Shown: in pieces, positions 49,142 through 58,740 of the stretch
How positions within the stretch are numbered: position 1 is the stretch's first letter
Layout of the letters: the number at the start of each line of letters is the position of its first letter
From: Aquiflexum sp.
Lineage (GTDB): Bacteria; Bacteroidota; Bacteroidia; Cytophagales; Cyclobacteriaceae
NCBI RefSeq assembly: GCF_041751335.1
Contig: NZ_JBGSXS010000138.1
Span: 6,505 to 70,504, forward strand
Length of the DNA: 64,000 bases
Direction of reading: 5' to 3'
Made by a program: the position numbers and the translations under genes
The notes under the pieces: model-generated
Told to the model about the DNA's origin: nothing
Databases searched by the model: none
What the model saw: the letters and a program-made list of their open reading frames with translations, nothing else

Positions 49142-50522
49142 GTTTAGTTTGAAGTATTTAATTGTCATTTCCCTTGTTCAACTATTGGTTACTGTGGGAT
49201 TTTCCCAAACCGAAACTGCCCAAGAGGCAGCTAGACCAACCGGTCAGGTTTTGGACAAAATTGTGGCAAAAGTCAATAATTATATCCTGTTGGAATCTGA
49301 AGTGCAGAAGGCATATATGGAAGCTATTTCTCAATCCCAGCAGGGATTTGAAGCCCCAAGTAGGTGTGAAGTTTTTGAATCCCTTATGATCAACAAACTG
49401 ATGGTGGCCAAAGCAGAGCTCGATTCTGTCATGGTATCCGATGCAGAGGTCATGTTTCAAGCTGACCAAAGATTCAGTATGGTGATGGCACAGTTTGGTG
49501 GAGATGAAGAGATGTTTATTGAAGTTTATGGTAAAACATCCGACCAGTTGAAGGCTGAGATTGAAGACTTGCTCAAGGAACAGATGATAGTCCAGAAAAT
49601 GCAGGGAAAAATTACGGAAGGCCTTACCATCTCACCTGCTGAAGTAAGAAAATTTTATACAGCCATTCCCAGAGATTCGCTCCCCTTTTTCTCCGCTGAG
49701 GTAATTGTTGGTCAGATCGTCAAACGCCCTGAAGTCAACCGCGCCACTAAAGACAGTGTGGCAAACCAACTCAGCATCTTCAAAGAAATGATCAATGAAG
49801 GCACCTCTGATTTTAAAACCCTAGCAACCCAATATTCACAAGATCCTGGATCCGCTGTTCAGGGAGGTGAACTGGGATTTTTCAGAAGGGGTGAATTGGC
49901 CCCTGAATATGAAGCTACTGCCTTAGGACTAAGACCTGGGGAAATCAGTGATCCTGTAGAAACCATGTTTGGATTTCACATGATTCAGCTATTGGAAAGG
50001 AGGGGAAATACATTCAATACCCGTCATATTCTACTCAGGCCTGAACCTTCCGAAATCGACATCCAAAAGGCAGAACGTTTTTTGGATAGTTTAAGAAATC
50101 TGATTGTCGATAAAAAAATAGAATTTGCAAAGGCAGCTAAGGATAATTCGGATGACAGAAATACTTCTGACAACGGCGGTTTTTTCACGGACCCCAATAC
50201 ACAATCAAACAGGTTGACTTTAAGGACCCTAGAAGATCCCATTCTCTATTTCACATTGGATAGTATGCAGGTGGGTACAGTCACCAAGCCATTGCGATAT
50301 GAAGATGAACGAAATGGACCACAGGTAAGGATTCTTTATTACAGAGAAAAATTCCCGGCACATCGCGCCAATTTGGATGATGATTATGAAAAATTAAAAG
50401 CGGCAACCCGGAGAAAAAAAGAAGAGGGGATTTTGGGCCGATGGTTCGTTTTGGCCAAGGAGGATGTCTTCATAGATATTGATCCTTCCTATGATAGATG
50501 TGAAGTATTGAAGGGTAAATAA
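49134..50522 (+). CDS. surA: SurA-like chaperone/PPIase
   Basis: LDKIVAKV...ILLES N-domain and parvulin domains (SQDPGS..GGELG, RHIL). Confidence 0.85.
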   Translation: MNRFSLKYLIVISLVQLLVTVGFSQTETAQEAARPTGQVLDKIVAKVNNYILLESEVQKAYMEAISQSQQGFEAPSRCEVFESLMINKLMVAKAELDSVMVSDAEVMFQADQRFSMVMAQFGGDEEMFIEVYGKTSDQLKAEIEDLLKEQMIVQKMQGKITEGLTISPAEVRKFYTAIPRDSLPFFSAEVIVGQIVKRPEVNRATKDSVANQLSIFKEMINEGTSDFKTLATQYSQDPGSAVQGGELGFFRRGELAPEYEATALGLRPGEISDPVETMFGFHMIQLLERRGNTFNTRHILLRPEPSEIDIQKAERFLDSLRNLIVDKKIEFAKAAKDNSDDRNTSDNGGFFTDPNTQSNRLTLRTLEDPILYFTLDSMQVGTVTKPLRYEDERNGPQVRILYYREKFPAHRANLDDDYEKLKAATRRKKEEGILGRWFVLAKEDVFIDIDPSYDRCEVLKGK

Positions 50523-50541
50523 TTTTGGGAAGTAAAAAAAG

Positions 50542-50602
50542 AAAGTCGGAAGACTAAGAAAGCCAACTAATCAAATGTTGGCAATTGGCCTTCCGACTTT
50601 TT
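50542..50602. terminator. Long hairpin between convergent transcripts
   Basis: AAAGTCGGAAG/CTTCCGACTTT outer stem with a GCCAAC/GTTGGC inner stem. Confidence 0.65.
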
Positions 50603-50629
50603 CATTGATTCAGTTTATTGAAGATTTGC

Positions 50630-50712
50630 TTACGCTACTATTGCTTCTTTTTCCACCGCGACAACTTTTTCGAGGGCTTGGGAAATATCCCAAATAATAT
50701 CAGATAATGCTC
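50630..50712 (-). pseudogene. Possible 3' relic of a Cys/Met-metabolism PLP enzyme (MetY/MetZ-like)
   Basis: Translates as EH-(frameshift)-SDIIWDISQALEKVVAVEKEAIVA*, resembling the family C-terminus E(H/D)xxDIIxDLxQAL. No start codon. Confidence 0.4.
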
Positions 50713-50728
50713 ATTACTTCGCATGATC

Positions 50729-51067
50729 TCAACCGACCTTGCTCATAATCTCTCCATAGGTGATCCCCATATGGCTGTTGTCATAGACGGCAATTCCATT
50801 TTTAATCAGAATAACTTGCGGGGATTGATGGTATACGCCGAATTCCTGGGCAATTTTATTGGAAATATCCCGATAACTGATCAGATCTAAAAAATAAGGA
50901 GAAACCTTTTCGAAATCCGTATCCTTCCAATTTCTGTTCAGTCTGTCAAATGCCATACTGCTGATGGAACACCTACTTGAATGTTTAAAAATCAGCACAG
51001 GCTTCTCTTGACTTTGCTTCTTTAGAGCTTCTAGTTGTCCTACATTTTCTATTCTTTGCCAATTCAT
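50729..51067 (-). CDS. ytxJ: Monothiol bacilliredoxin BrxC/YtxJ-like protein
   Basis: IFKHSSRCSIS, R.ISN.IA..FGV.HQSPQ. Confidence 0.88.
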   Translation of the reverse strand: MNWQRIENVGQLEALKKQSQEKPVLIFKHSSRCSISSMAFDRLNRNWKDTDFEKVSPYFLDLISYRDISNKIAQEFGVYHQSPQVILIKNGIAVYDNSHMGITYGEIMSKVG

Positions 51068-51403
51068 ATTCTTAAATTTTCTTAATCTAGATCAGTCATT
51101 CAATAATTTTGAATCAAAAATAGTTCCTTTCATGTAATTTTGCTGTTTGAAATACGACGTTCCTTTTAATAAAGGTATGCTTCTTGCAATTGAAGCTTAT
51201 TGTTTCTTTGTCAGGTTTTGGCAAATGAATAAAACAATATGATTAACTGCTTTCTTACCAGCAACCACTGAAACCAGGTTGATGGGCCAAATGAAAATAT
51301 TGTTGTCTCAAGACAGCTTTCTATGGACAATTATCATCGATTCAAGGTTTGTATTTCTTACGACTGACAAATTGAGATAATCATTACTAACTACCAATGA
51401 TTT

Positions 51404-52804
51404 ATGAAATCCACAAGTATCAAAATTCTGATCATATTATCTTTCCTTATCAATACTTCCTGCAAAAGTATCAAGCCAGACAGAGCTCCCGCCGCTTCGT
51501 TGATTGATTTGCCCAGTTCCCGCTCTACGGTTAACATACCGATTGTTATTCCGCTATCCTACTTGGAAAATAATCTGAATCAAGACTGGAGCAGTAAACT
51601 TTTTGCCGACAAAGGCCTCCCTCTTGGTGGGGGGATGTTTGCAGATCTGAATGTTACAAGAACAGGGAAGATTTCTTTGAGAGGATCTGAAAACAATACC
51701 ATCAATGTCAAGGTGCCCATGAACATCATCGGTGACCTGAAAATCGAAAAAAAAGTGTTTGGCCAGAACCTGTCCACGAATTTCCCTTTCAATGAAAACC
51801 TGATTCCAGAGATCAGCTTTACACCTGAAATCGGCAGCAATTGGGACCTGAATGTCAAAAATCTCCAGATCAACAGCTCGGGAAGATCCATGAAATACAA
51901 CCTTTTGGGTTTTGAAATTGATTTGGATCCCTTGGTAAAAGGACAATTGCAAAAGGTATTGGACAACCAACTTTCGGCCTCTAATTTGAGTCGGCTTGAC
52001 TTTAAGCACATAGCCCAGGAGACATGGGATGCTTTTTCTGAACCTTACACGGTAGTTCAGAACGGGATTACAGCGCATTTTTATTCGGTACCGGACAGGA
52101 TAATGGTCAAAGAAGAGATCACCGTCGACCAAGAGTTAATCCTATATTTGGGTTTGGAGGGAGAAATGTTTTCAAAACTAGGCTCTAAACCAATAATAGA
52201 AAAAAAAGACCTTCCCGATATTACCGTGAATGAAAGCAAAGAAAATCAGATTGACCTTGTTCTACCTTTGACCATCCCCTACCAGGATCTGGATGAATAC
52301 CTCAATTCCACTTTTTCCGGTCAGCAAATCCGGACCAACAGAACAACAGTGATTTTTCCTTCCAATCTGACAACCCAAAAATACGGTGATAAAACCCTCT
52401 TGAGTATGGATTTCAAAGCTGTAAGAGATGGGAAGAAAGATGTAGAAGGGAAAATGTATTTTGCAGGGAAGCCGGTATTTGACCAAGAATCTGAATCACT
52501 GATTTTTGAAGAACCTCAATTTGATGTGAACACAGGGGACTTTTTTTCCAATCTGGGAATCAGGCTCAGAAAAGGCAAAATCCAAAGACAAATCAAGAAA
52601 TTAGCCGTATTGCCCATTGGTGAATTGATGGACAATGCGCGGAAGGAAATGGCAGAACAGGGATATTTCGAAACTGATTTTGCGAATTTTAAGGTATTGA
52701 ACCCCAGTTTGGATGTGGAAGGGATATACAGCACAGCTGAGGACATCAGGGTGTTTATCAGGAGTCAGGGAAAAATGGATGTGCAATTGAAGGATGTGAG
52801 GTAG
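51404..52804 (+). CDS. DUF4403-like lipoprotein
   Basis: Lipobox TSC; STVNIPI.IPL..LE..LN and a repeated L.IPY..L..YL motif. Confidence 0.7.
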   Translation: MKSTSIKILIILSFLINTSCKSIKPDRAPAASLIDLPSSRSTVNIPIVIPLSYLENNLNQDWSSKLFADKGLPLGGGMFADLNVTRTGKISLRGSENNTINVKVPMNIIGDLKIEKKVFGQNLSTNFPFNENLIPEISFTPEIGSNWDLNVKNLQINSSGRSMKYNLLGFEIDLDPLVKGQLQKVLDNQLSASNLSRLDFKHIAQETWDAFSEPYTVVQNGITAHFYSVPDRIMVKEEITVDQELILYLGLEGEMFSKLGSKPIIEKKDLPDITVNESKENQIDLVLPLTIPYQDLDEYLNSTFSGQQIRTNRTTVIFPSNLTTQKYGDKTLLSMDFKAVRDGKKDVEGKMYFAGKPVFDQESESLIFEEPQFDVNTGDFFSNLGIRLRKGKIQRQIKKLAVLPIGELMDNARKEMAEQGYFETDFANFKVLNPSLDVEGIYSTAEDIRVFIRSQGKMDVQLKDVR

Positions 52805-53143
52805 TCTGGTTGGGTTAGGTCAGGTTTGGACGCTTTAGGAGTATCTCCAAGTTGCATCAGGTTTAATAATTGGGAGATGACCGATGTCGGTTGACCGATG
52901 TTGGGGGCTCGAAAAACCACGAAGTGCCAGCGAGTCCTTTAAGGCTGGATTAAACTTTTAAGAACTTGATAGCTGGAAAACTGGAAGGAAAACTTTTACA
53001 AACTAACTAATGTTTAACAATTTCTTTTATCAATGCGGATTCTTATATTGATGCTAAGGAAATCAACCTGGGCATCCGGTTCGAAGTAAATATTCGCTGA
53101 TTAAACATGTCTTTTGTATCTTAACATAAAATTTGGAGCCCTA

Positions 53144-53446
53144 ATGGAAAAAAAGGAAAAACCAATATTCGAAAAAAGGATTTTTTGGGATGTGGATTTT
53201 GCGAAACTTGACTATGATGCAAAAGCCAATTTCGTGATAGAGCGGGTTTTTGAGCGGGGGGATGTACCCGATATCCGAAATTGCAGAAGGTACTATGGAG
53301 ATGAGAAAATTTCGGAAGCATTGCTCAATGCTAAGTTTTTACCCGAAATGACGATGTATTTAGCAGCGGCGGTTATTGATAAACCCATCACAGAATTTAG
53401 ATGCTACAAACTAAGACAGTTGAACCCGGAACTCTTTCCGTATTGA
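53144..53446 (+). CDS. DUF6922-like small protein, putative antitoxin
   Basis: FWDVD...LD......FVIERVFERG...YYG; overlaps the downstream nucleotidyltransferase gene. Confidence 0.75.
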   Translation: MEKKEKPIFEKRIFWDVDFAKLDYDAKANFVIERVFERGDVPDIRNCRRYYGDEKISEALLNAKFLPEMTMYLAAAVIDKPITEFRCYKLRQLNPELFPY

Positions 53447-54027
53447 AAATGCTAATGAAAATCCCAGAAATGAAGGATTTTCATTTAGTCGGAGGAACAG
53501 CCTTGTCATTGAAATATGGACATAGAATTTCAGTGGATTTGGATTTATTCAATTGTCAATCTTTTGAAAATTCACTAATTGAAGACTGTCTGGTAGATTT
53601 TTTTGGGGAAGAGTTTAAAGTAAGAAACAGTAACCCGAAAATCGGAATATTTTCATTTATTGAGGAGGTAAAAATAGACCTCATTAAACACCCATTCCCC
53701 CTAATCAAACCTGTTCAGACTATCGAAGGAATTAGATTCTTTTCCACGGAAGACATTATAGCTATGAAAGTTCAGGCCATCTTGGGTAGAGGCAAAAAAA
53801 AAGATTTTTGGGATATAAGCGAATTGCTCCAGCACTACACAGTTGCTGATTTTATCCAGTTTCACCGAGAGAAGTATCACAGACAAAATCTGCTGATATC
53901 TGTTCCCCAGGCATTGATTTATTTTGGAGATGCAGAAGAAAGTGAGGATCCCGTCAGTCTCAAAGGGCAAACCTGGAATAAGGTCAAGAAATCTATTGAA
54001 AAAAAAGTAAGGGACTTTTTAGTATAA
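53401..54027 (+). CDS. AbiEii/AbiGii-family nucleotidyltransferase
   Basis: LVGGTALSL..GHRISVDLDLF, AMK..A...R..KKDFWD. Confidence 0.88.
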   Translation: MLQTKTVEPGTLSVLKMLMKIPEMKDFHLVGGTALSLKYGHRISVDLDLFNCQSFENSLIEDCLVDFFGEEFKVRNSNPKIGIFSFIEEVKIDLIKHPFPLIKPVQTIEGIRFFSTEDIIAMKVQAILGRGKKKDFWDISELLQHYTVADFIQFHREKYHRQNLLISVPQALIYFGDAEESEDPVSLKGQTWNKVKKSIEKKVRDFLV

Positions 54028-54080
54028 AGATAAATGGTTACCCGCTTCTTTGCCAAAAACCCAATATTCTACTACAAACA

Positions 54081-54123
54081 GGTCGGAATCCCGATAGCTA
54101 TCGGGACGAAGTCGGAAGTCCGA
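54081..54123. repeat. 18-bp perfect palindrome inside short GTCGGAA repeats
   Basis: TCCCGATAGCTATCGGGA at 54089-54106, flanked by GTCGGAA and GAAGTCGGAAGTCCGA. Confidence 0.75.
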
Positions 54124-54208
54124 TGTACTGGACATTTCAGGTTCCTGGCGAGAATTATATTGAATAACCATTTTACTGGCATCATTGCGTACATACATAA
54201 AAAAAATC

Positions 54209-54970
54209 ATGAAACTCGATAACCGAACATTTATCATTACCGGTGCCACAAGTGGGATGGGAAAAGCCATTGCCATCGAATTTGCAAAAGAAGGTGCCAA
54301 TCTCATTTTGAGCGGAAGAGATCAAGAAAAAGGAAATGCCTTGGTGGCTGAATTGCTAGAAAAGGGGCATATTTCAAAATTTTTACCCGGTGATGTACGC
54401 GAAATCGACTACAACAAAAAACTGGTAGAACTGGCCATAGACACTTTTGACAACCTGGACGGAGTAGTTACCAATGCGGGAATGCTAGGCCTTTCTCCTG
54501 TGACCTCATTGGATCCTGAAATCTGGGACAGGACTTTTCGAACAAATGTGGATTCCGTTTTTTTCTTACTTAAATATGCCCTTCCTGAAATGCTCAAGAG
54601 ATCTTCAGCATCCGTTGTGGTCAATGCGTCCATTGCAGCTTACAAATCCTTCCCCAATCATCCTGCATATTGTGCCTCTAAAGCAGCATTAGTGGCTTTG
54701 TCCAAACAAATGGCCGTGGATTATGGCCCTACAGTGCGTATCAATGCTATTTGTCCTGGACCGGTTGACACACCTTTCATCCATGCCTCCGCCATAGCAT
54801 TCCCCGATCCGGTCAAAGCTGTTGAAAATGCCGGCAAGGCCACGCTGCTTAAAAGTCTTGGGACACCTGAGGATATTGCCAAATTGGTTTTATTCCTAAT
54901 GTCAGATGACGCTTCTTGGATTACAGGCAGTGCATATACTATTGATGGGGGAATTTTAGCGGGGGGATAG
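54209..54970 (+). CDS. SDR family oxidoreductase
   Basis: TGATSGMG, NAG, YCASK, CPGPVDT, DGG. Confidence 0.95.
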   Translation: MKLDNRTFIITGATSGMGKAIAIEFAKEGANLILSGRDQEKGNALVAELLEKGHISKFLPGDVREIDYNKKLVELAIDTFDNLDGVVTNAGMLGLSPVTSLDPEIWDRTFRTNVDSVFFLLKYALPEMLKRSSASVVVNASIAAYKSFPNHPAYCASKAALVALSKQMAVDYGPTVRINAICPGPVDTPFIHASAIAFPDPVKAVENAGKATLLKSLGTPEDIAKLVLFLMSDDASWITGSAYTIDGGILAGG

Positions 54971-54984
54971 GAACCAAGAATTTG

Positions 54985-55719
54985 TCATATCCTTTTGATA
55001 CTATTCATCAAATTCTCTTTAAACATCCTACTGATCGGAATTACTTTTCTATTGATTTCCAAATGGGAATCACCTACCGCATCCAGTTTTTTAATATTCA
55101 CTACGTAGGAACGGTGGACGCGCAAAAAATCTTTACTGACTATTTTTTCACAAAAAGTATTTAATGGACTCACTATTGTGAAATGTTGATCCGAGGTGAT
55201 GATGTTACAATAGTTCCTTTCAGCTTCTATATAAAGTATTTCATCGAGCATGACCTTGATCAGTTTGTTTTGGCTTCTGATAAAAATCCGATCTTCCAAT
55301 GTCTCCACAGTGGATGCACCAATTTTCTTTTCCACATTTTCTTCTGTGATTTTCTCTACCACAAGGGCTATTGTCCTTTCTAGGTTGAGTTTATTGAAAG
55401 GTTTAGTAATAAATGCATAGGGATGGGTTTCTTTTGCTTTTTGAAAAGAATCCTCATCGGAGTTCGCAGTAAGATAAATCAATGGAATATCGAAAAATTT
55501 TTGGATGGACTTGGCAGTTTCGATTCCGTTGAGTTGCCCTTTCAGATTGATATCCATTAGGATGATATCAGGATGGTTTTCTCTGGCATGGTTGATGGCA
55601 TCCTCTCCCCTTGACTCAATCCCGGTGACCTCATAGCCCAATTTGGAAAGCTGCAAAGAAATATTTGCTGCGATGATCATATCATCTTCTACTATTAATA
55701 TCCTTATATTATCGTTCAT
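54985..55719 (-). CDS. LytTR-family response regulator
   Basis: REC domain (VEDD, MDI, KP) plus LytTR motifs ILYIEA and FLRVHRSYVVN. Confidence 0.95.
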   Translation of the reverse strand: MNDNIRILIVEDDMIIAANISLQLSKLGYEVTGIESRGEDAINHARENHPDIILMDINLKGQLNGIETAKSIQKFFDIPLIYLTANSDEDSFQKAKETHPYAFITKPFNKLNLERTIALVVEKITEENVEKKIGASTVETLEDRIFIRSQNKLIKVMLDEILYIEAERNYCNIITSDQHFTIVSPLNTFCEKIVSKDFLRVHRSYVVNIKKLDAVGDSHLEINRKVIPISRMFKENLMNSIKRI

Positions 55720-57659
55720 GCTGCTTTGCCGATTTGAAATTCAAAAAACACTTCTGTTCCTCTACTTTTAACCAAAGTCATATTTCCATCCAATTGCCTG
55801 GTCAATAAATTTATGAGCTGCGTTCCAAATCCAGTTCCTTTGATTCCACTATCCATATCAAAACCTACACCATCATCACTCACTTTCAAATGGAGATGTG
55901 AATCAGTTTCTGACAGACTGATAGTAACTTTTCCTTTCCTTTTATCTGGAAAGGCATACTTAAGTGAATTTGTAATCAGCTCATTGACAATCAAACCTAT
56001 TGGAATGGCCCTATCCACGTCAAGCTCCAAGGAATCCATGGCACAGTCAAATGTAATCTGTTCGGTGGCATCAAAGGAATCTATGATATATCCCCCCAAA
56101 TTCCGAAAGTATTGCTTCATTTCGATTGAGGTCATATTTTCCCCTTGATAGAGGTTTTGGTGGATCATTCCCATGCTATGTACCCGATTTTGACTTTCAA
56201 TCATGATGTCCTGAAGTTCTTGGTTATCAATCTGGGAAGTCTGCAAGGAAAGTAGGCTGGAAATGGTCTCTAGGTTGTTTTTTACCCTATGGTGGATTTC
56301 TTTCAATAAAAACTCCTTTTCTTTATTCTGTTTTTCAAGAAGCAAACTATATTTCTTCCTTTTAATGAAAACCCTGTAAAGAAAAAAGAGGAAAAAGATC
56401 ATCAATCCTGTCAGAATCAGCGTGAAAACCTGTATGGTTGCCTGCTGTTTCAATTTTTCCATTTGCAATGAAATTGTACTTTCCTTTTGGTTTAATTCCA
56501 TTTCGGTTTGCATTTGGGCAATTCTTTGATCCGCATCGGAGTTGAAAACACGCTGAGTCAGTTCATGATATTTTTTATAGGCCTTAAAAGATTCCTTGAT
56601 GTTGTTCTTTCCTTCATAAGCCTCACTCAATTCCTGATAGATCAGACCTAAATAATATATGTCTCCAAAATCTTCTGTTGCCGTTCGGATACTTCTCTGT
56701 AGGTATGTTATGGCAGTATCAAAATCCCTTTCCTGGTTTTTTAGCTTTCCGAGGGAAAGTAGAGAGCGGACAACCATAAAATCATTCTCCAACAACTCTG
56801 CATATTTCAGCGCTTCCTTTCCTGATTTATAAGCATTTTCATAATCATCTATTTGACAATATAATTCAGTAAGGGCAATATAGGTGTCACTAAGATTATT
56901 ATAGAATCCATATTTTTCACCGATTCTTGCCGATCTTTGAAAGTAAGGCAAAGCTTCTTGATACTTGTCGAGCTCCACCAAATTATTCCCCAATACGTGA
57001 AGTGTAAAATCGAAATCAAGATCTTTTAAGCCCCTATCTTCAAACAATGCTATTGACTTCATGCCATATTCCACTCCTTTTTCAAACTTTCCCTGTTTCC
57101 AAAACAGATTGCTCATATCCGAATATGCCATGGCTTGAGCTTTTGTATCCTGATATTTTTCTCCCAATTGTAAAGTTTTGGTCGCATATTCAAAAGCTTT
57201 GCTCAAATCCCCTCTTCGCTCATAAACATAACCTAAATTTGTCAGAAGTAGCCATGTTTCGGATTCCGGTATTTTTTCCAAGGCACTTCTCAGGACAATT
57301 TCTGCATAATCCAATTCTTCTAACCTTAATAAGATGGCACCCTGGGAGACCTGCATTCTTCCTTCCCAAATGTCATTGTTTGCCTCTCTGACCTCCTCCA
57401 AACCCCGATTGATGATTTCCAATGATTTAAGAAGGTTTCTGGTATGATAATAATATCCAAGGTCATTGATGACCAAAAAACGCAAATCTTCCTGATGAAT
57501 GATTTCCAAAGCTTTTTCCAAATTATCTAAGTAATCTGCCTCAAACTCATCTGTATCCACAAAAATCCTTGAATAATTAAATTCACCATCTATGTTTACA
57601 ATTTGGGCGGGAAGGTAAAAGTGGATGAAAAATAAGAAAAGCATTAAATACTTCGTCAT
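55716..57659 (-). CDS. TPR-sensor histidine kinase, HisKA_2 type
   Basis: Signal peptide, TPRs, TM, EIHHRVKNNL, NELITNSLKYAF, DDGVG. Confidence 0.93.
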   Translation of the reverse strand: MTKYLMLFLFFIHFYLPAQIVNIDGEFNYSRIFVDTDEFEADYLDNLEKALEIIHQEDLRFLVINDLGYYYHTRNLLKSLEIINRGLEEVREANNDIWEGRMQVSQGAILLRLEELDYAEIVLRSALEKIPESETWLLLTNLGYVYERRGDLSKAFEYATKTLQLGEKYQDTKAQAMAYSDMSNLFWKQGKFEKGVEYGMKSIALFEDRGLKDLDFDFTLHVLGNNLVELDKYQEALPYFQRSARIGEKYGFYNNLSDTYIALTELYCQIDDYENAYKSGKEALKYAELLENDFMVVRSLLSLGKLKNQERDFDTAITYLQRSIRTATEDFGDIYYLGLIYQELSEAYEGKNNIKESFKAYKKYHELTQRVFNSDADQRIAQMQTEMELNQKESTISLQMEKLKQQATIQVFTLILTGLMIFFLFFLYRVFIKRKKYSLLLEKQNKEKEFLLKEIHHRVKNNLETISSLLSLQTSQIDNQELQDIMIESQNRVHSMGMIHQNLYQGENMTSIEMKQYFRNLGGYIIDSFDATEQITFDCAMDSLELDVDRAIPIGLIVNELITNSLKYAFPDKRKGKVTISLSETDSHLHLKVSDDGVGFDMDSGIKGTGFGTQLINLLTRQLDGNMTLVKSRGTEVFFEFQIGKAA

Positions 57660-57717
57660 ACGGTAAATATAAAATAAAAAGCCTTTGAAAATCAATTATT
57701 TGCATCTTAAAATATTT

Positions 57718-57767
57718 CTCGGAAAGAAAATAGCCTTGTTGGGACAATTTTGGGGTCGGTTCGTCCT
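57718..57767 (+). promoter_or_regulatory. Putative LytTR operator 1 (21-bp-phased repeats)
   Basis: CTCGGAAA at 57718, TTGGGACA at 57739, TTCGTCCT at 57760. Confidence 0.7.
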
Positions 57768-57842
57768 AACCTCTTCGAGAAGTTTATGGAAAAAATTGAC
57801 ATTGTTTCAGAAATTTCAAAAACAACCTAATTCAAGATTTGT

Positions 57843-58610
57843 ATGAAAAGATTAATAAATTATTTAGGCCTCTGTGCATTAGGATTAGTCCTGAGTTGGA
57901 CTATATCCTCTCCTCTGAAAGCCCAAACGGAGCCACAGGGCCATTTGATGTCAGTCACGGAATTTACTGTAAAGCCTGGCCATGAGATGCAGTTTAGGGA
58001 AGGCATCAAAGCCTGGAAGGCCTGTTACCTTGAAAATAAAGGAGAATGGACCTGGAGGCTTTGGAATAGACAGCAAGGCGAAGGTAACGTCTATGTCCTA
58101 GCATCCGATATGGCCAACTGGGCTGAAATGGATAAAACTGATGAGAAGGGAAAAAATTGTCAAATGCTTGCCATGAACATGATCAATCCCCATGTCGAAA
58201 AAGCCACAAACCATATTACCCGAATTCAACCGGAAATCAGTAATAACAACCCTTTGGAAGGAGAAATCATCCGAGTTGGATTTTATAAACTGAATACTGT
58301 TCATGGTTATAAAATGATGGAAGTGGTAAAAGAGGTCGAAGCTATCCGTAAAAAAGCGGGTATAAGCATCCCTGGATATTGGTATAGCTGGGTAACAGCA
58401 GATCCCGAAAGTCCCGATTATCATGTAGTAACAGGCTACAAAGATTTTGCAGCTATGGATATTGTCCAAGAAGGTGTATGGCAAACAGTTGAAAAAACCG
58501 CTGGAAAAGCCAAAAGGGATGAACTTCAGGCAGCTTTTCGCTCATCCCTTGAAAGTTCATGGACCTACATCTACAAGTTGGACAAAGACCTCAGCAGGCC
58601 AAGTAAGTAA
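57843..58610 (+). CDS. Secreted protein with two NIPSNAP/dimeric alpha-beta barrel-like halves
   Basis: Signal peptide; internal duplication (YVLASDMANWAEMD and YHVVTGYKDFAAMD). Confidence 0.6.
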   Translation: MKRLINYLGLCALGLVLSWTISSPLKAQTEPQGHLMSVTEFTVKPGHEMQFREGIKAWKACYLENKGEWTWRLWNRQQGEGNVYVLASDMANWAEMDKTDEKGKNCQMLAMNMINPHVEKATNHITRIQPEISNNNPLEGEIIRVGFYKLNTVHGYKMMEVVKEVEAIRKKAGISIPGYWYSWVTADPESPDYHVVTGYKDFAAMDIVQEGVWQTVEKTAGKAKRDELQAAFRSSLESSWTYIYKLDKDLSRPSK

Positions 58611-58662
58611 TTAAAAACATTGAATAACCCTTATTGAATGAATAAAGATAATGTTAGTTGAT

Positions 58663-58716
58663 AAAAATTGGGCGGCGGCAATTAGGGTAAACTTTTTGCC
58701 AATGCCCGATTTTTTT
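58663..58716 (+). terminator. Hairpin plus T tract between 57843 gene and DUF418 gene
   Basis: AAAAATTGGGC...GGCAA...TTGCC...GCCCGATTTTT. Confidence 0.5.
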
Positions 58717-58740
58717 ATTTAAATAAATTAGACGAAAATT

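Noticed and set aside
51068-51403. Hidden gene between ytxJ and the DUF4403 gene
   Set aside because: Only short open frames with no recognisable motif.
51554-52132. Antisense and overlapping ORFs from the track (this one, 47944-48435, 32667-33083 and many others)
   Set aside because: They shadow well-supported genes and show no recognisable protein features.
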